Assembly (NCBI GenBank): GCA_964276515.1
Contig: OZ193909.1
Location: 18,414,001-18,478,000, forward strand
Length of the DNA stretch: 64,000 nt
Source of the DNA: Gordius albopunctatus
Lineage: Eukaryota
Reading direction: 5' to 3'
A program made the position numbers and the translations under genes. The notes beneath the pieces were generated by a model. The model was not told where the DNA came from, did no database searches, and saw only the letters and a program-made list of their open reading frames with translations. Positions 47,768-60,950 of this stretch are shown piece by piece; the stretch's first letter is position 1; each line of letters starts with the position of its first letter.

Positions 47768-50563
47768 TTAGGGATTATTGTCAGTGATAGTTTTTTGCAG
47801 TAACGTCGTAATGTAATCGGAATTATTTAGGCTTTCAACGCCCAAATCCTTTCCCAAATTGTGCATACCAGAAAACTGGTTAAGGTGGGCCGAGTAACTT
47901 GGCGGTTGATCGTGGTTCGCGCTAACAAGTGTGTTGGTCAAAGTGCTATTGCTCTGATCGTACAAAAACATTATAGGCACGTAAGAAGTGTTTGTTCTAC
48001 CAGAATGGAGAACCTCAGTTACCCCATTTTCGTTTATACCCATCTCTTCGTCATTATTAATATTGTGGGTATTGTTGTTGAGTGAATTTATTAAATGCGA
48101 AACGTCAATGGGTAACGGTATGTTTAGACCGGTTAGATCCCCTCTCGCATCCTGCAACTGTTGGTTTCGATTATCGTTAGTTATAAATTCGTATTTTATA
48201 TTCCGTTGCCCATCATTTGTCATATCTATATTCGCAGAAGAGCCAGTCACCTTTGACGAGCTGCTACTACAAAAGTCGGCGTTTGAATGATAGAGCCTAG
48301 GCTGAGGTTGATAACCGTCCCCGTTGCCTGATTGCACGTACAAGTGCGGGTATAGTTGAAAGGAAGAATTTTTGCTCATGCCATCCCCCGATTCAAAAAT
48401 TGCATTAACGCTCGTGCCCGGCTGCTGAGAATGGTCTACCTCGGTGCCCGAAGGTTGCAAGCTTTCCAAGTAACCCGGCCTATCCCACACCTGACTCATT
48501 TTAGCGTGTTTGCGCTTCCAATGTCGTTTCAAGCTGTGCCTCATTTTAATACGTGCCTCGCAAAAAGGACAGTCGTAGGCGTTAGAAGTGTGGGCGCGAG
48601 CGTGGTGATCTAACATGCGATGTCGGAGTAAATATTTTTTCCCACAGTCGGGACATGCAAATTTTTTCTCCTCTGTGTGCTCGCGAATGTGATGGGCGCA
48701 ATATTCTTTCGAAGAAAAAACTTTTTGACACAAGGGGCAGGAGTAACGCTGCTGGGCGTGGGTGTTCTTATGCTTTTGCAGGTTGCCTTTTTGCAAAAAA
48801 CGTCTCAGGCACACGTTGCACTGGTAACCCTCTTCGGACCTGTGCAACTTGAGGTGTGTGTCTAAGGCGTTTTTGCTCTTGACAACCTTACTACATATGG
48901 AACACTGGAATCTCCGCTGGTTAGACAGCGCGTTGCTACCCCCATCTTGGGCGGACGGAGGAAATGGGTTGGTTGCGTCAGTGTCGTTTATTTCATGGAC
49001 TCGACCATGTACTTTAAGAGTGTCGCGCCGATGAAATCGTTTCCCGCACACTTCACATTTGTACATTCGTTCTCCGTGGATGGTTTTATGACTTTTGAGG
49101 GTGTTGGGGGAGGAAAACTTTTGCCCGCACACTTCGCAAATGTAGGGGTCCAAGTTACTGACCTTGCTTTTGCGAGGACAGTTACCAACACCTAAAAAAG
49201 TACAGCCGGACTCGGGATATGAGATAGAGGGTCTGGAATCTTTCTGAGTGCTGATCGAGGCGTTACTGAAAGTTGGATTTTCCTTATAACCACTTTCCAC
49301 GCCGTAACCAATGCGTTGTAAGAGTTGCTGTTGCGCGTGACACACGTGATCGTCAAACGTCAATTTTAGGCAAAATTTGCGACCACAAGTTGAACATCGA
49401 TGGACTGGCTCAGAGCGGTGAATGGTGAGAAAATGTTCTTCTAGTAGAGGGAGGTTGGGAAAAGTGTAAGAAGCAGAATCCTCTACTTTGACCCCTTGCC
49501 CCCCACACAAAGAACACTGATACAAGGTCGGGTGGCAGGAATGGTCGGTTAGAGTAGTAGATCTAGCGAACCTAGACCCGCACACGCCACATGGGTATGG
49601 ATGAGTGTGCGTCAGTCCGTGCCTACGATAGGATGGGATATTGTGCCATATGCTACCACATTCTTCGCAACGCACAGACGATGCTCTGTTTAAGTCATCG
49701 TTGACCATTAATTCGGGCACGAATGCGCACAATCTCAGGTGATTTATTAGGCTATCTCTTCGAGAGAAACGTTTTAGGCATATTTCGCAAACGAAGGGTC
49801 GCGTATGCTTAGCAATGTGCTTATTCAAACGTGCTAGCGAAGAGAAGGATTCTAAGTGTGGACATTTGGGGCAGTAAAATGTAGTTGACTCCGCGTTAGC
49901 TGGTGTTGGCTCACCACCCAGCACTGAATCTTGGTACACAATGGCATTATCCTTTGGTATCATCTCTTGAGGCAAATTTGAGGTAGTAGTAATTACCATC
50001 TCATTGTTATCACCACTATCATTAGGTCTTGTTAAATTTTCGAGTTCGGATGAATGAAGGTGTTTGTTAAAATGTAATAGGAATGTACGTTTTTTGAAAA
50101 ATACTTTTGGGCATTGAGAGCATTCATATCTTGGTACATTACCTTGCTCATTTTTTGATTTATCTTTTTGTTCATTTAGACATTCAATTACTTGGAATGA
50201 TAATTTATTTGATAAACTAGTAACTGGAAAACTTTTCATATGATTTTTCAATCGAAACTTTACCAATTCTAAAAGAGGTTGATCAATATTTGAAATAATG
50301 GTAGTTTGGAGTTTCCCCAACTGTTTTGAATAGAAATTTTTATTGATGACCCCTTTATAATCATTTTCATTTTTAATATGGAGGGAATTATTGGCTAAGT
50401 TATTGGCATATTGTGGAGACAGCTGGGAATTGATTTTGTTATTAAGAGTTGACAAAGATTGATTTTTTGATAGAATATGTTTATAATTAATTTCACTGTT
50501 AGCCAGGTGAGATTGTAATTTATCAACAAGTACATAACAAGGCTTGATATTAAATGAATTCAT
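47768..50563 (-). CDS. Multi-C2H2 zinc-finger protein, 931 aa, about 14 fingers
   Basis: Uninterrupted ORF with repeated CxxC..HxxxH units (e.g. YKCEVCGKRFHRRDTLKVHGRVH). A possible acceptor (TTATTACCTAG) sits 5 nt upstream of the ATG, so an upstream exon may exist. Confidence 0.92.
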   Translation of the reverse strand: MNSFNIKPCYVLVDKLQSHLANSEINYKHILSKNQSLSTLNNKINSQLSPQYANNLANNSLHIKNENDYKGVINKNFYSKQLGKLQTTIISNIDQPLLELVKFRLKNHMKSFPVTSLSNKLSFQVIECLNEQKDKSKNEQGNVPRYECSQCPKVFFKKRTFLLHFNKHLHSSELENLTRPNDSGDNNEMVITTTSNLPQEMIPKDNAIVYQDSVLGGEPTPANAESTTFYCPKCPHLESFSSLARLNKHIAKHTRPFVCEICLKRFSRRDSLINHLRLCAFVPELMVNDDLNRASSVRCEECGSIWHNIPSYRRHGLTHTHPYPCGVCGSRFARSTTLTDHSCHPTLYQCSLCGGQGVKVEDSASYTFPNLPLLEEHFLTIHRSEPVHRCSTCGRKFCLKLTFDDHVCHAQQQLLQRIGYGVESGYKENPTFSNASISTQKDSRPSISYPESGCTFLGVGNCPRKSKVSNLDPYICEVCGQKFSSPNTLKSHKTIHGERMYKCEVCGKRFHRRDTLKVHGRVHEINDTDATNPFPPSAQDGGSNALSNQRRFQCSICSKVVKSKNALDTHLKLHRSEEGYQCNVCLRRFLQKGNLQKHKNTHAQQRYSCPLCQKVFSSKEYCAHHIREHTEEKKFACPDCGKKYLLRHRMLDHHARAHTSNAYDCPFCEARIKMRHSLKRHWKRKHAKMSQVWDRPGYLESLQPSGTEVDHSQQPGTSVNAIFESGDGMSKNSSFQLYPHLYVQSGNGDGYQPQPRLYHSNADFCSSSSSKVTGSSANIDMTNDGQRNIKYEFITNDNRNQQLQDARGDLTGLNIPLPIDVSHLINSLNNNTHNINNDEEMGINENGVTEVLHSGRTNTSYVPIMFLYDQSNSTLTNTLVSANHDQPPSYSAHLNQFSGMHNLGKDLGVESLNNSDYITTLLQKTITDNNP

Positions 50564-52134
50564 TTGATCTAGGTAATAAACATAATTTTAAAAGTGCCAC
50601 TTAAATTTAGGAATATACACTTATTGCAATTATCCTTAAATAATGATATGTAATTAATTATAGCAACATTTACAAAAAGTATGCTTTAAAGATTAAAATA
50701 TGTGGTTTGCGTTATAACTAACAAGTTTAAGCATGTTTCTCAATTGCACAATCTATTATGCATTTGAGCTAGCGTTATGATATATTTGTTTTAAATCAAT
50801 ATATTATTAAATTTGTATAAGATTATTAAACATATGAAAATTTTGGGAAAATATATAATATGAACCTGAATTGTGTTGCAAAGTTCGGAAGCCATTATAA
50901 ATAAATCACCTGGTCTACACAAACAGTCAAAGTATTTTTAAAACATCTTAATTAATATAATCCAAAAATTTAATAATCAATCAAATTGGCTTAATTTATA
51001 TATTTTACATTCTAGAATATACTATAAAACTTTACTTTTGTTTTTTGGCGACATGATTTTTGAAGTAATTCTATAATAAACTATTAATAATGGATAAAAA
51101 TATTACTCTAGATTAATATATTTAAATGTTTTAATAAGGGTATTAAATAAAATATGAAACCAAAGATAAATAAAAATATGAAATTATAGCATTGAAGTAA
51201 TATATTTATTTAGATAAACCGAAATTAAATGAGTATAAAAACTTAAAAAATGTAGATAATAACTAGGTAGGTATACATTCAAATAGGAAAAAAATTTAAT
51301 TTGTCAAACTATGGGCTGTCATAGCAGAAATGCATAGCCCTACTATCTTTTCTTGCAAAAAGTTACATCTGTTAATTAGTTTTACGCAGGGACTTATTAC
51401 ATAAAAGGGAGGGATGCTTAATTTTTAATGTTTTACAAAAATAAATAAGAGAATATAGGGCTAAAGCTTTTTGCTCGTATAATTAATATATCTACAAGAG
51501 GTTTTATGTTAACTGCCAATGATTTTATTTTATCAAATAATTTTATTAATAATTAATAAAAGGCCTAGATACACCTAGGGGGGGGGGTTTGCCGAATTCA
51601 TCTCCCCTTTGACTACACACCTTAAATAGGTATTACATTTATTTAGACTTTAACTTAATGGCCAAAAGAATAAATTGATTAACTAAAAAAAATCAAGTTA
51701 GACTCAATCATTGATCAAAAAAAGGAACCAAGATAATTATAAAAACAGGTTCATAAAATTTTTTATTAAGGTGTGGACAGCCGCTGCCAAATCACAATAA
51801 TGTCAGATCAAATTAAAAATTTCCGTGTCAAAAATATCAGCCTAAGACAACCAAAAGTACAAACATGTATTAGACATAATAACTCTTTATTTAAAAATGT
51901 TTAAATAGGGGCGTTTTAAAATTGATCTAACATATAATTAAAATAATTTTAAAAGGTTCATACCTCACTATCCGTATGAAAGAACAATATAAATACGGTG
52001 TATAATAGATATATAAATAATTAAAATACACTAATTTATAATAATAATATTCAATGATGGCACGATGTAATAATTAATTGTCGAGAGGGAGATGGAGATG
52101 GCTTAAAAATATGAATCATAAAAATACAAGTTGT

Positions 52135-55100
52135 CTATGTTTTAAGGTCTCGGAAAAGGTGAAAAGTGACCAATGTCACACAAACAACGACCCAAAGCAG
52201 AGTGGCCCCGAGCCAGAAGTTTGATTTAAAAGGTGATTCGTAAGCTGAAATATTATGATCGCCTCCTTCTAGTGGTGATAGTGGTGGTGTATTTGATTTT
52301 CTAGCTTTGAAAACTAGGATTACGGGCAAGAGGCATTGCAGAGCTATGCCAGGGTAAGCACCAGTCAGTGCGACCATCATTTGTAATTTGCCCGGCACGA
52401 ACCAGCTAATTAACCAAGGGGGCACCAAGGTAAGCGCGATCGCTGTCCATGAACGAACCCGTGGTACAGATAAGGAAAGGCAAATCCTGGCTCCTAAGTT
52501 AGGAGCTAAAAATAAGATGAAATTTAAAATATAAAAAGAGTGAAACGAAAGCTCTAGAACAGAAAATGAGGCTTTTAAAATAACTATCGTATCACTATAA
52601 AAAACAGAAAATAGGGAAAATCTTAAGTATTAGATATATTAATCTACTTAGTAAAAGAGAATGATAGAACTTGAAATAAAGCAGAGCGAATGAGACACCC
52701 TACTAGAAAAAAAGTCTATACTAATTGACAAAGTCTCTTAAATTTAAAACATTTTTTCTAAATTAAGGCGAAGAGGGAAGTTATTATGACTACGCCCATA
52801 TCGATTTAAAACCGATAAATTTATAAAGGTTTATATGTCTATTAAAATTTTAGAAAATAAACAAAAAATTTTTTAATCAACTAAAAAACAATTATTATAT
52901 TTGAAAAACTAAACCAATATCTGGTCAATTAAGCATAGTTTTAGGCAGCATATTAATATTGATTAAACGGATGCATCAAAATGAAAACCCCATATTCTAT
53001 GATTGACTATAGGCGGACATAACAGAATGTTTAACCCACACCATAAGGTACATAATAGCTTGAGCCAACTATCTCATTCTAAACGCATTTCTATCATACA
53101 TATAAATAATAAAACAATATAAAGAAGTTGCGCCAAAACTATCCATAAATAACCTAGCACAGAGGTGATTTTAACTGAAAATTAAAGATATATAAATATT
53201 CAAACCCCGTTGTCCATAAAAAATTGCTAACATACTAATATCACGCTAATTTCTATCATTTATACATGTAAATTCATGGGCGTAGCCAGCATTAGAATTA
53301 GAGGGGGCCAATAATAATTTACAGAGGGGCAAAATGATCATTTAGCCATAATTTTAATAAGTTTCAACAAATTTTGGATTTAGAGCTGCCCCCCCCCTTG
53401 GCCACGCCTATGCGTAAATCAATAAAACCATCCGTAACTTATTGTTACCAGAAGAAAGAAGATTTGTAGCGTTATTTATCGGGCAATTTGAAATGAGATC
53501 GAACAAATTATTTCTCAGGGTGACTGCCAGGATGGGAAAGGTAGTAGCTAAAGCTAAGGCGGGGAATAGGGCCAAAAAATAGGCGATCAGTCTTAAGCCT
53601 AAGGTCTGGTATCCAGCGGAAGGTGCCACAAAATTCAGGGTAAATAAGTCTAATATGGCGCCGGGTTGGGGGAAAGCGAAAACTGCTAGGGTTGAGAGCG
53701 TGGCGTAAAACAGATAGACCAAGAGGTAAGTGGCCGCAAATACCCGAGCCGGGCTGAGGAGCATTGTAGTTGGAGTGAGAGAGGTATAGCCTTAGACAAA
53801 TAAAATTATGATATTATTGTGTATAGTATAGTTGTAAAACGGCTGGACTATGTTTAATTGACCTTTGAATTTAGCCCACTAAACATAAGCAGCCTAAAAG
53901 TTTGACCGAAAACCCTTTGGTCTGTTTATGTTTAGTGGACTAAAACCAAAGGTCAACCAAACAAAATCCAGAGTTCTTACGACACTAAAAGTGTGGTGAT
54001 GTTAGACTTAAAATATGATTTAAAAAAACATAGAAATTACTGTGGAATGGAATTTGAAATTTAACAATCAGTCGGACAAGTTGTTTATAGTAAAGTCGAT
54101 GGACGACTATCTTGGCTATTTTACAAGATAACTTTTAAAACATTGAACGTGTAGATTTCGTTATTTTATTTAGTATTTTTAATATTAAATAAATAATTTA
54201 AACAAACGCCAACATTTTCCCAAAGTTTTTGAATGGCCAGAGTTGGGGTGCTCAGTCCATTTTAAATAACAGAACTATTAACTTTTGAAGCTTTACAAAC
54301 AGGCAAAATTTAATTAAATCGTGTTTAAGTATCACTTTTATCTTAAAGGTCTACAAAAACGACCAAAGACAATGATCTAAAATTTCAGGCCACCTAATCC
54401 AAAGTGTTTGTTTAGCTTGTTTTGGACCCTTAATTATAAATTAAAAAAGTAAAAATGTGCCCACAAAACGCTCAAAAAATAATAAATGTCAAAAATTATA
54501 TATTTTGGTAACCATACTTCTGCCAAAATTTGATATTCTGAGTTTGGTAAGTTTGAGAGGAAACACGAGTGATGGGATAGAATGATGGCACATGAAGGCA
54601 TAAACTGCAACACCAAATAATGAAGGTAAATGAGATAAATCCCAATATTTGGGTCTCATCGCTTCTGCTTGTGGAGCTTTTACTGGTTCATGAAGCAGGC
54701 GTGAAATGCAGAGACCTATCATGGCTATGAATGCTTTTAAACGGAGAAATATAAAAATATTAAATCAAAAATATCAAATTTTGGAACAAAAATCAATAAA
54801 AACACCTATAAAAATTTAAAGTTCGATTAACTTAAAATCAAATTATACAATGCTTAGTTTGGGAAATGGCATGTAAAAGTATATGCTCATTAATTGTATT
54901 TTTGTCAAACTTTGTAAATTGCTTACATTGCTGTTCAATAGATTCCTTCTATTCTTTTTGAATTAATTTTATGACATGCTTAATATCAAAATACATTTAA
55001 CAATTAACATTTACCTTAAGGATAACTTTATTTGAAGTAAAATTATGAAAATAGGTGGTTACAGTACCTAAATTTTTGAATACGCCTGCAGAAAGTCTAT

Positions 55101-56646
55101 TTTTAATTAGAAATAGGAGAACAGTACCAGTAGTGAAAAGTAAAAAATAAAAAGTGACTGTTTTTTAATACAAAGGAATTGTAGTTATATTAAAATAATA
55201 AAATAATTGCTTTAAAATGTTTACAGACATTTAAAGCCTAATTATAAATATTATCTGAATTATAATGATGTACTAAATAAGGTTACAAAAACCCAGGCTG
55301 TCATAAGCTGATGTAAACCTCTTTTATACATATAATAAAAATGAACCTTTTTAAGTATAGGCACACAATTTAAGGCCTATATTTATATATTATTAGGTAT
55401 AGTATTAAAATCCAAAAAACCAAAAGGTTTTAACATAACAAAACTCAAAATGACATAAATGAAAAATCCAGATAACATTTAATTAAATATTATGTTTTAC
55501 ATATCATGTTGTCTTTTTTATAAATAAATATTTTTAGAATACATGTTTTCAACCTAAATTTGTTAAAAATAAGCAAATCTACTTAAAAAATACATTAACA
55601 ATAATTGATACTTACCAAACCACCGTGCAAAAGTGGTAAATAGTTGAAGGTACCATGTTTTTTGTATGTTGTAAAATAGAAAGGGGGTTATGATAACAGC
55701 AAAACTAACCTAATTGTGCAAAAGTAAAGCTTTATAGCAAAGGTGCTTTTTGTAATGTATTAAAATTAATAACATACAATTTATAAACAAAATGTACTAA
55801 AAATATTCTATATAGATGCATCTTTTCAATTGCTTTTGAGAATATATGACATTGAGAAGATTGATTGGTATCGTTTAAATTTCTAATAACTTGAGAACTG
55901 TTAGGAAAAAATTGGTTTAAGCTATTAGAATATATAAAGTCAACCATAGCTCTTATTAGTTGTATCAAAATATTTTTCTATATAATATGAAATTAGACTA
56001 TTCTACACAATGCTTTTGAAATATTAATAATAAATCATTACCAGGTAACATCTGTCAGTGTTTGAGATATTGCAGCAAAATATATACATAAATCTCCATA
56101 GAGGTAAAGTGTAAGACACATATAAAAGAATAATTTTCCAAACTTGCCCAAAAACAAGGAAGCCATTTCCCCCTATTTCAGTTTATAAACATTTAATTTT
56201 AAATTACCAATTCAATTTTTTGTTTATATTGATCATTTATCAAAACGTTATTTTCGTGATTAAATAATGGCTCTCTTTCAGAGTGCAAATCATCAGGGTA
56301 TGTTTGCTCCTAGAATTTTATTTTAAATAAGCCTAATTTCTAACCTTTTTTTCATTGATCTTAGATATATTTAAATTTGCAAGAGCAAGGGTTTCAATAA
56401 TATACGTAGCACAAATGTAACTAAAAATATTTAATAATTCTTTATATATACCTAAAAAAGGCAATTAAGATTAATGAAATGATCCCTAGAAAGACGCCTG
56501 TAATACTAAAAGCTTTCGGCAGAGCCAAAGCACCAGTACCAACGATTAAGTTAAAAGTAAAAACAAATGCTGTCTAAAATAAAATGTAATTTAAATTAAT
56601 AAATTTAGCAAACAATTGGTCCATAGTATGTGTCATTTCTGGCCAT
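52135..56646 (-). CDS. TMEM104: Transmembrane protein 104 (amino-acid transporter-like)
   Basis: Exons 56646-56614, 56573-56452, 56420-56345, 56309-56208, 56172-56042, 55921-55798, 55709-55616, 54733-54518, 53790-53449, 52505-52135. Motifs FNLIVGTGALALPKAF, ELGEMASLF..YLYGDLCIY, NIQKTWYLQ, FGVAVYAFMCHHSIPSL, FPILAVTLRNNL and TGAYPG. Confidence 0.9.
53275..53412. mobile_element. CATG-ended hAT-type MITE in TMEM104 intron
   Basis: TIRs CATGGGCGTAGCCA / TGGCCACGCCTATG. Degenerate TSD TGTAAATT/CGTAAATC. Confidence 0.8.
53829..53987. mobile_element. Palindromic TAGTG-type MITE
   Basis: Internal inverted repeats (CCACTAAACATAA / TTATGTTTAGTGG and TTGACCTTTG / CAAAGGTCAA). Ends TTACGACACTA. Confidence 0.65.
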
Positions 56647-57829
56647 CGCAGCGTCACAGCTGATTAAATAGCGTCGAAATGAATTACAGTCATTTGAGTC
56701 CAACTTATATTTTGGCCTTTTATCTTGTCGATATTTCTAGGATTTTATTAAAACTGACTTTAAATAAATATTATTAGTTGATAAAAGATTATTTAGTAAA
56801 GTATATACAATAAGCACATAATTAGGATAACCTCAGGTATTCAGATGTTGCGATTTTTCTCTACAGTCTTATTAAATTTATATCATTCCCATAATTATAA
56901 TTATATAAATTATTAAATAAAATTTTCTGACAACTCCATTATACTAGTAATATATGATTAAAAATATATTAAAACTAGATATGAAATATTTTAAATTAAA
57001 AAAAAAGAAATACATTTTGCTTTTGTAATATTAACCTATTCTAGCAAAAATATACGAAGCTATCCTGGCATTTAATGTAAAAGTACCAAATTTTTAATGT
57101 AATAGGTGTCAGCGCGTTGTTGTAAAAGTTTTGCTTATACTTATATATTGAAATTCTAATTATTTATGTTGGGTATATAAGAAAGATATTTAAGAGAGAT
57201 TTATATAATAAAGTGGGTAATGAGGTAAAAGATGGGGATAGCTTATAAATTTGTGAAAGATCAGGTGAGTAAAATAATGAATTATAATATATTGTTTTTA
57301 CTTATGGCTCCAAGAAATTTATTAAGGGAAACATGCTAAAGAAATAAGAAATTTATGGGAAATTCTGAAAAATTTAAGAAAATAACGGGAAAATAAGGAA
57401 ATCGACTATTTGGCAAAAAATGTTTATAATTCGTCGAATTAGACGCTTATATATGAATAAAACAAGTTGAATGAGTTTATTTGTCCAATAATACACATTT
57501 TAAAAAATGATCTTTGTAGTGTAGCTTCATTCAAGGTTACATTTTGAATACACGCGTTTTTTCCTATACTTGAGCGCGGTAACAGACATTTGATTATACG
57601 CGTAGCCATTTGAATACACCTTAGTTTACACCGTACTTAGTATCTCTTATTTAATTTCTACTTTTATATATGTCCTTCGCTATGTGTATATAAAGCCCTA
57701 TCCACCTAATAAAGGAGTCTCTGTTCTGTCTATTGATTTAGTCTCTTGGTTTAGAATCTGAGTTGAGTGATATATCCCCCCGCCACTTAATTACAAAATT
57801 TAGTCTCTTATTAAAAAATTTCCTGCAAA

Positions 57830-57968
57830 TTTTGACCTGAGGGTTTGAGGTTGCTACTTTAACCTCGAGGCAGAGGTTAGCATTTTTAAAAGACGTTAGA
57901 GGTTTTTTGAAAAACCTAGCCTAGCCTATTAGGTAAGGCCGACAAAACCTGAGGTTTTCCTATCACTA
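57830..57968. mobile_element. One end of an AACCT-repeat hAT MITE
   Basis: Ends AAAACCTGAGGTTTTCCTATCACTA, resembling the TIR of 37387-39305. Confidence 0.55.
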
Positions 57969-57984
57969 GCACGTGCGCCCAGTT

Positions 57985-59012
57985 TTGTAATATTCCTAGT
58001 ACCTTGCGTAGCCGCTTGTTGTGGACTTCTTCAGTTTCACAGTTAGTATATTGTCGAAGTATAGTGCTACTGCTTCCATGCCTCCTAATATTTGATCCAT
58101 TGTTTTATTTTGAACATAGCCACGGGGCAATTAAGCCAAAATATGGTTTACTTTTAAAAAACCTTTGTACATGGAGATCGTCGAGTTGGCTTGTCTTTGG
58201 AGTTAGCTCGAGCTTCAGTTAGACCTTTGTTGAATCTAACTTAGAGATATAACACGCGTTATCCAGTTATTAACAAATCATCGATTATTGGTAAAGGTAC
58301 ATCAAACCTTGTGCGTATTTATTTATGGTAAAATAAAGATTTTTGGAAAACTACAGTGCTACAAAACACCCCACAACCAATATAGGCCCCTAGCGAACCG
58401 AATGAGAGGTATTAAGGGAAACAGTACCACAACAATGGTTAGAGACCGGGAACCCGCGTATGTTCGACGTAAGAGACAGGGTATGGCTACGGATATTTTT
58501 GGGACCAAGCAAATGGGTAGAAGGTACTGTAAAAGCCAAAGACGGTAGTCGTTCATACAATGTGTGGGCTTAGGAAAAAAAGTACCGACCACACTTGGAT
58601 CGAGTAAGTGAACAGAATATCCTTAATTGGATCACACAGGAGCAAGAGAACGGCTGGCCTTAAAGGATGTCATTAAAAGGGGAAGCGATGAGCAACGACA
58701 ACTGGTAACAAGTGACCCAAGGGAAGAAATTCAAAACCCTATTGGGATGTTTAGAGAGGAACCTAGATACCCGCAATGTAGTCGAAAACAGTCAGAGTTT
58801 CTTATGGATTTTGTCTGAGAAAGGGGGGGGGGCTGTAAATAGGTAATAGGAGTAAATTACCGAGAATGTTAATGGTAATGCCTCAAATGACAATTAAATT
58901 CCCGTTAATTGGTTTTAACGTATATCTTCGTTTCTGTATACAGGATTATCATTCTTTTGGTCTTATCTAACCCCTTCCTAACCTTAATTATAATAATAAA
59001 CCACGCTTAACA
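57985..59012. mobile_element. Rearranged Mag-like Gypsy relic: RT on -, integrase tail plus PPT and LTR on +
   Basis: 58250-58330 is homologous to 17228-17312 (RT of element A). The + strand gives YKTPH..QGMAT. PPT GAGAAAGGGGGGGGGG at about 58817-58832. LTR 58834-59012 (TGTAAA..TTAACA). Confidence 0.7.
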
Positions 59013-59779
59013 AACAGAGCGCCAACACCAGCCCAGCAACCAAATCTATTTGTCATGATGTTTTTAACAAATGTGGTCTAGAATTATTATTGGATTTCCA
59101 ATCCAAATAGCTAAAATTATATCCTAGTCCTCTCCTACTGGATCAAAGAAAAGGGTTATATTTTCTATAGATTTATAAGGTAAAAGAGACTAGGGATATA
59201 GTGGCAGGCCAGCGAATTCTTAACAAACTGGTTTAAAGACAACGAGCTTAAAACGTCGTAGCTGACATTCCAAAGGCTCCTTGTAAGGCGTTTTTGTATA
59301 TTCTTATGTATTGAATTGTTTAATACCCAATCTCTCATTTTTCACAAATAAGTAATTATAAATTGTTTAAAAAGTAGCTGAATTTTTCATGCTAAAAAAC
59401 GTTGCCTACATATGAATAATAAATCGCCTACTATATAAAATCATTTTAATATACAACTTTTCTAGTCATATGTTATTTTAGATGATTATAATTATAAAAT
59501 ACTAAAAACATAAATATATGCTATTAGTATTAAATTAAATGGAAGAACTCTCTGCCATCAAACACGCAAAATTAAGAAGTCACCACAGCCATTTAATTTA
59601 AGGCTAATCTAATAGCTCCAAGCTATCAAAACTTTGCACTGTTAACATGTCGTAATCTGAAAACTACACTTACAGTAAAACGACTAGTTATATCAAATTG
59701 TTTTTAAAATAAATTAGATTCTTATTTTTAAATAAAAAATAGACGTTTTTTTAAACCTTTCCCCAATAAATTCAATATT

Positions 59780-60950
59780 ATGGATGAAGAATGCGAATAT
59801 AATATAATGCAATTCGAATATTCTAGACCCTCACTTTTAACATTAATATTAAGCACACTATTTTGCCCATTACAGTGTTTATTGGCATTAGAGCCACTTG
59901 TTAGATATGCTAAACAGAATCCGAAAGATGCTTTTACCATGACAATTATGACATCTTTTTTATTCATACCCATTTGCCTGTACTCTGCATTTGTAGCAAT
60001 CACATTGTTTGTCAGTTTTTGCCTCTTTTTATGCGTCGAAGGTAATTATAAAGGATTTTATGAATGATATATTTAATATAAAAATAATGAACTACTATAT
60101 TAATAGATTGGGCCCAAATTATTTAATGATTTTTACTGATAAATTAATTAAGGCTTTCAATTAAAATTATATCCATAAATATATTTTATAATAAGACATC
60201 CTCAAGTTTTGCAACGCTATCCAAAATTTACTTTAATATAAATAAATTTTATAATTTTTGGAATTATTGTTTCTAAACTAATAAGTCTGTTTCCATTTCT
60301 ATAAACGGCTTAATGCCAACTGATTAGCCCAAACGTGTTAAACTCATATAGTTATGTCTTCAGATTATTTTTTGTTTGTAGAAATCTTCTTTAAGAAAAT
60401 GTGTTCATTTGTTGCCTGTAAACTTAATAATAATTTCAGGGTCCTTTGAAAAATTTTAAGTCCGTGCTGGCCCGTTTCTACAAGTTTCCGCCCGAGCCCG
60501 GCCCCTTATTTTTTTCATAGGTTTGAAGCACATCCCTACCCGCCTTCGGGTCTGCTTGTGCAGATATCTTAAACCTATAAAAATGTCTTAAAAAGTACAC
60601 CTATTTTTAACATACAATTTTTTTTCTAGCAACTTTTTCGTCAGATTTTTTAGGCAATTCTATATTTTTTGTTAAATTTTGAAGGAACGTTGGTGATTGT
60701 AGCTATAACCACCATAGTTATAGTATTGGCATATGTGATACCTTTTGCCGTGCTTTTTGCCATGTATCTTGTTTTTGTCAAAAGAATAATAATGTCAATT
60801 GGGTCCTCAATTATTGCAATTGTTAATTCCATTCTTCAGAAGTTAATCAAAAATGCGGATAAAGGAAATTTAAAAAAGCTATTCAAAATATATTGGAACT
60901 TCGTAGTTTTAATCAATTATATCAGAATTTATCTTTTACATATGTTTTAA
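59780..60950 (+). CDS. Promethin / lipid droplet assembly factor 1 (TMEM159)-like membrane protein
   Basis: Exons 59780-60041 and 60685-60950 join in phase. The product has a long hydrophobic core with the family-like pattern Y...NP..AF....FIPICLY..FV..T......L.VEG.LV. Recognised from memory of the family, not by search. Confidence 0.6.

Noticed and set aside
47861..49195. Several + strand ORFs overlapping the zinc-finger gene, and similar antisense ORFs at 4271-4837, 15903-16271 and 19557-20201
   Set aside because: These are shadow ORFs of GC-richer coding sequence on the opposite strand, with no motifs.
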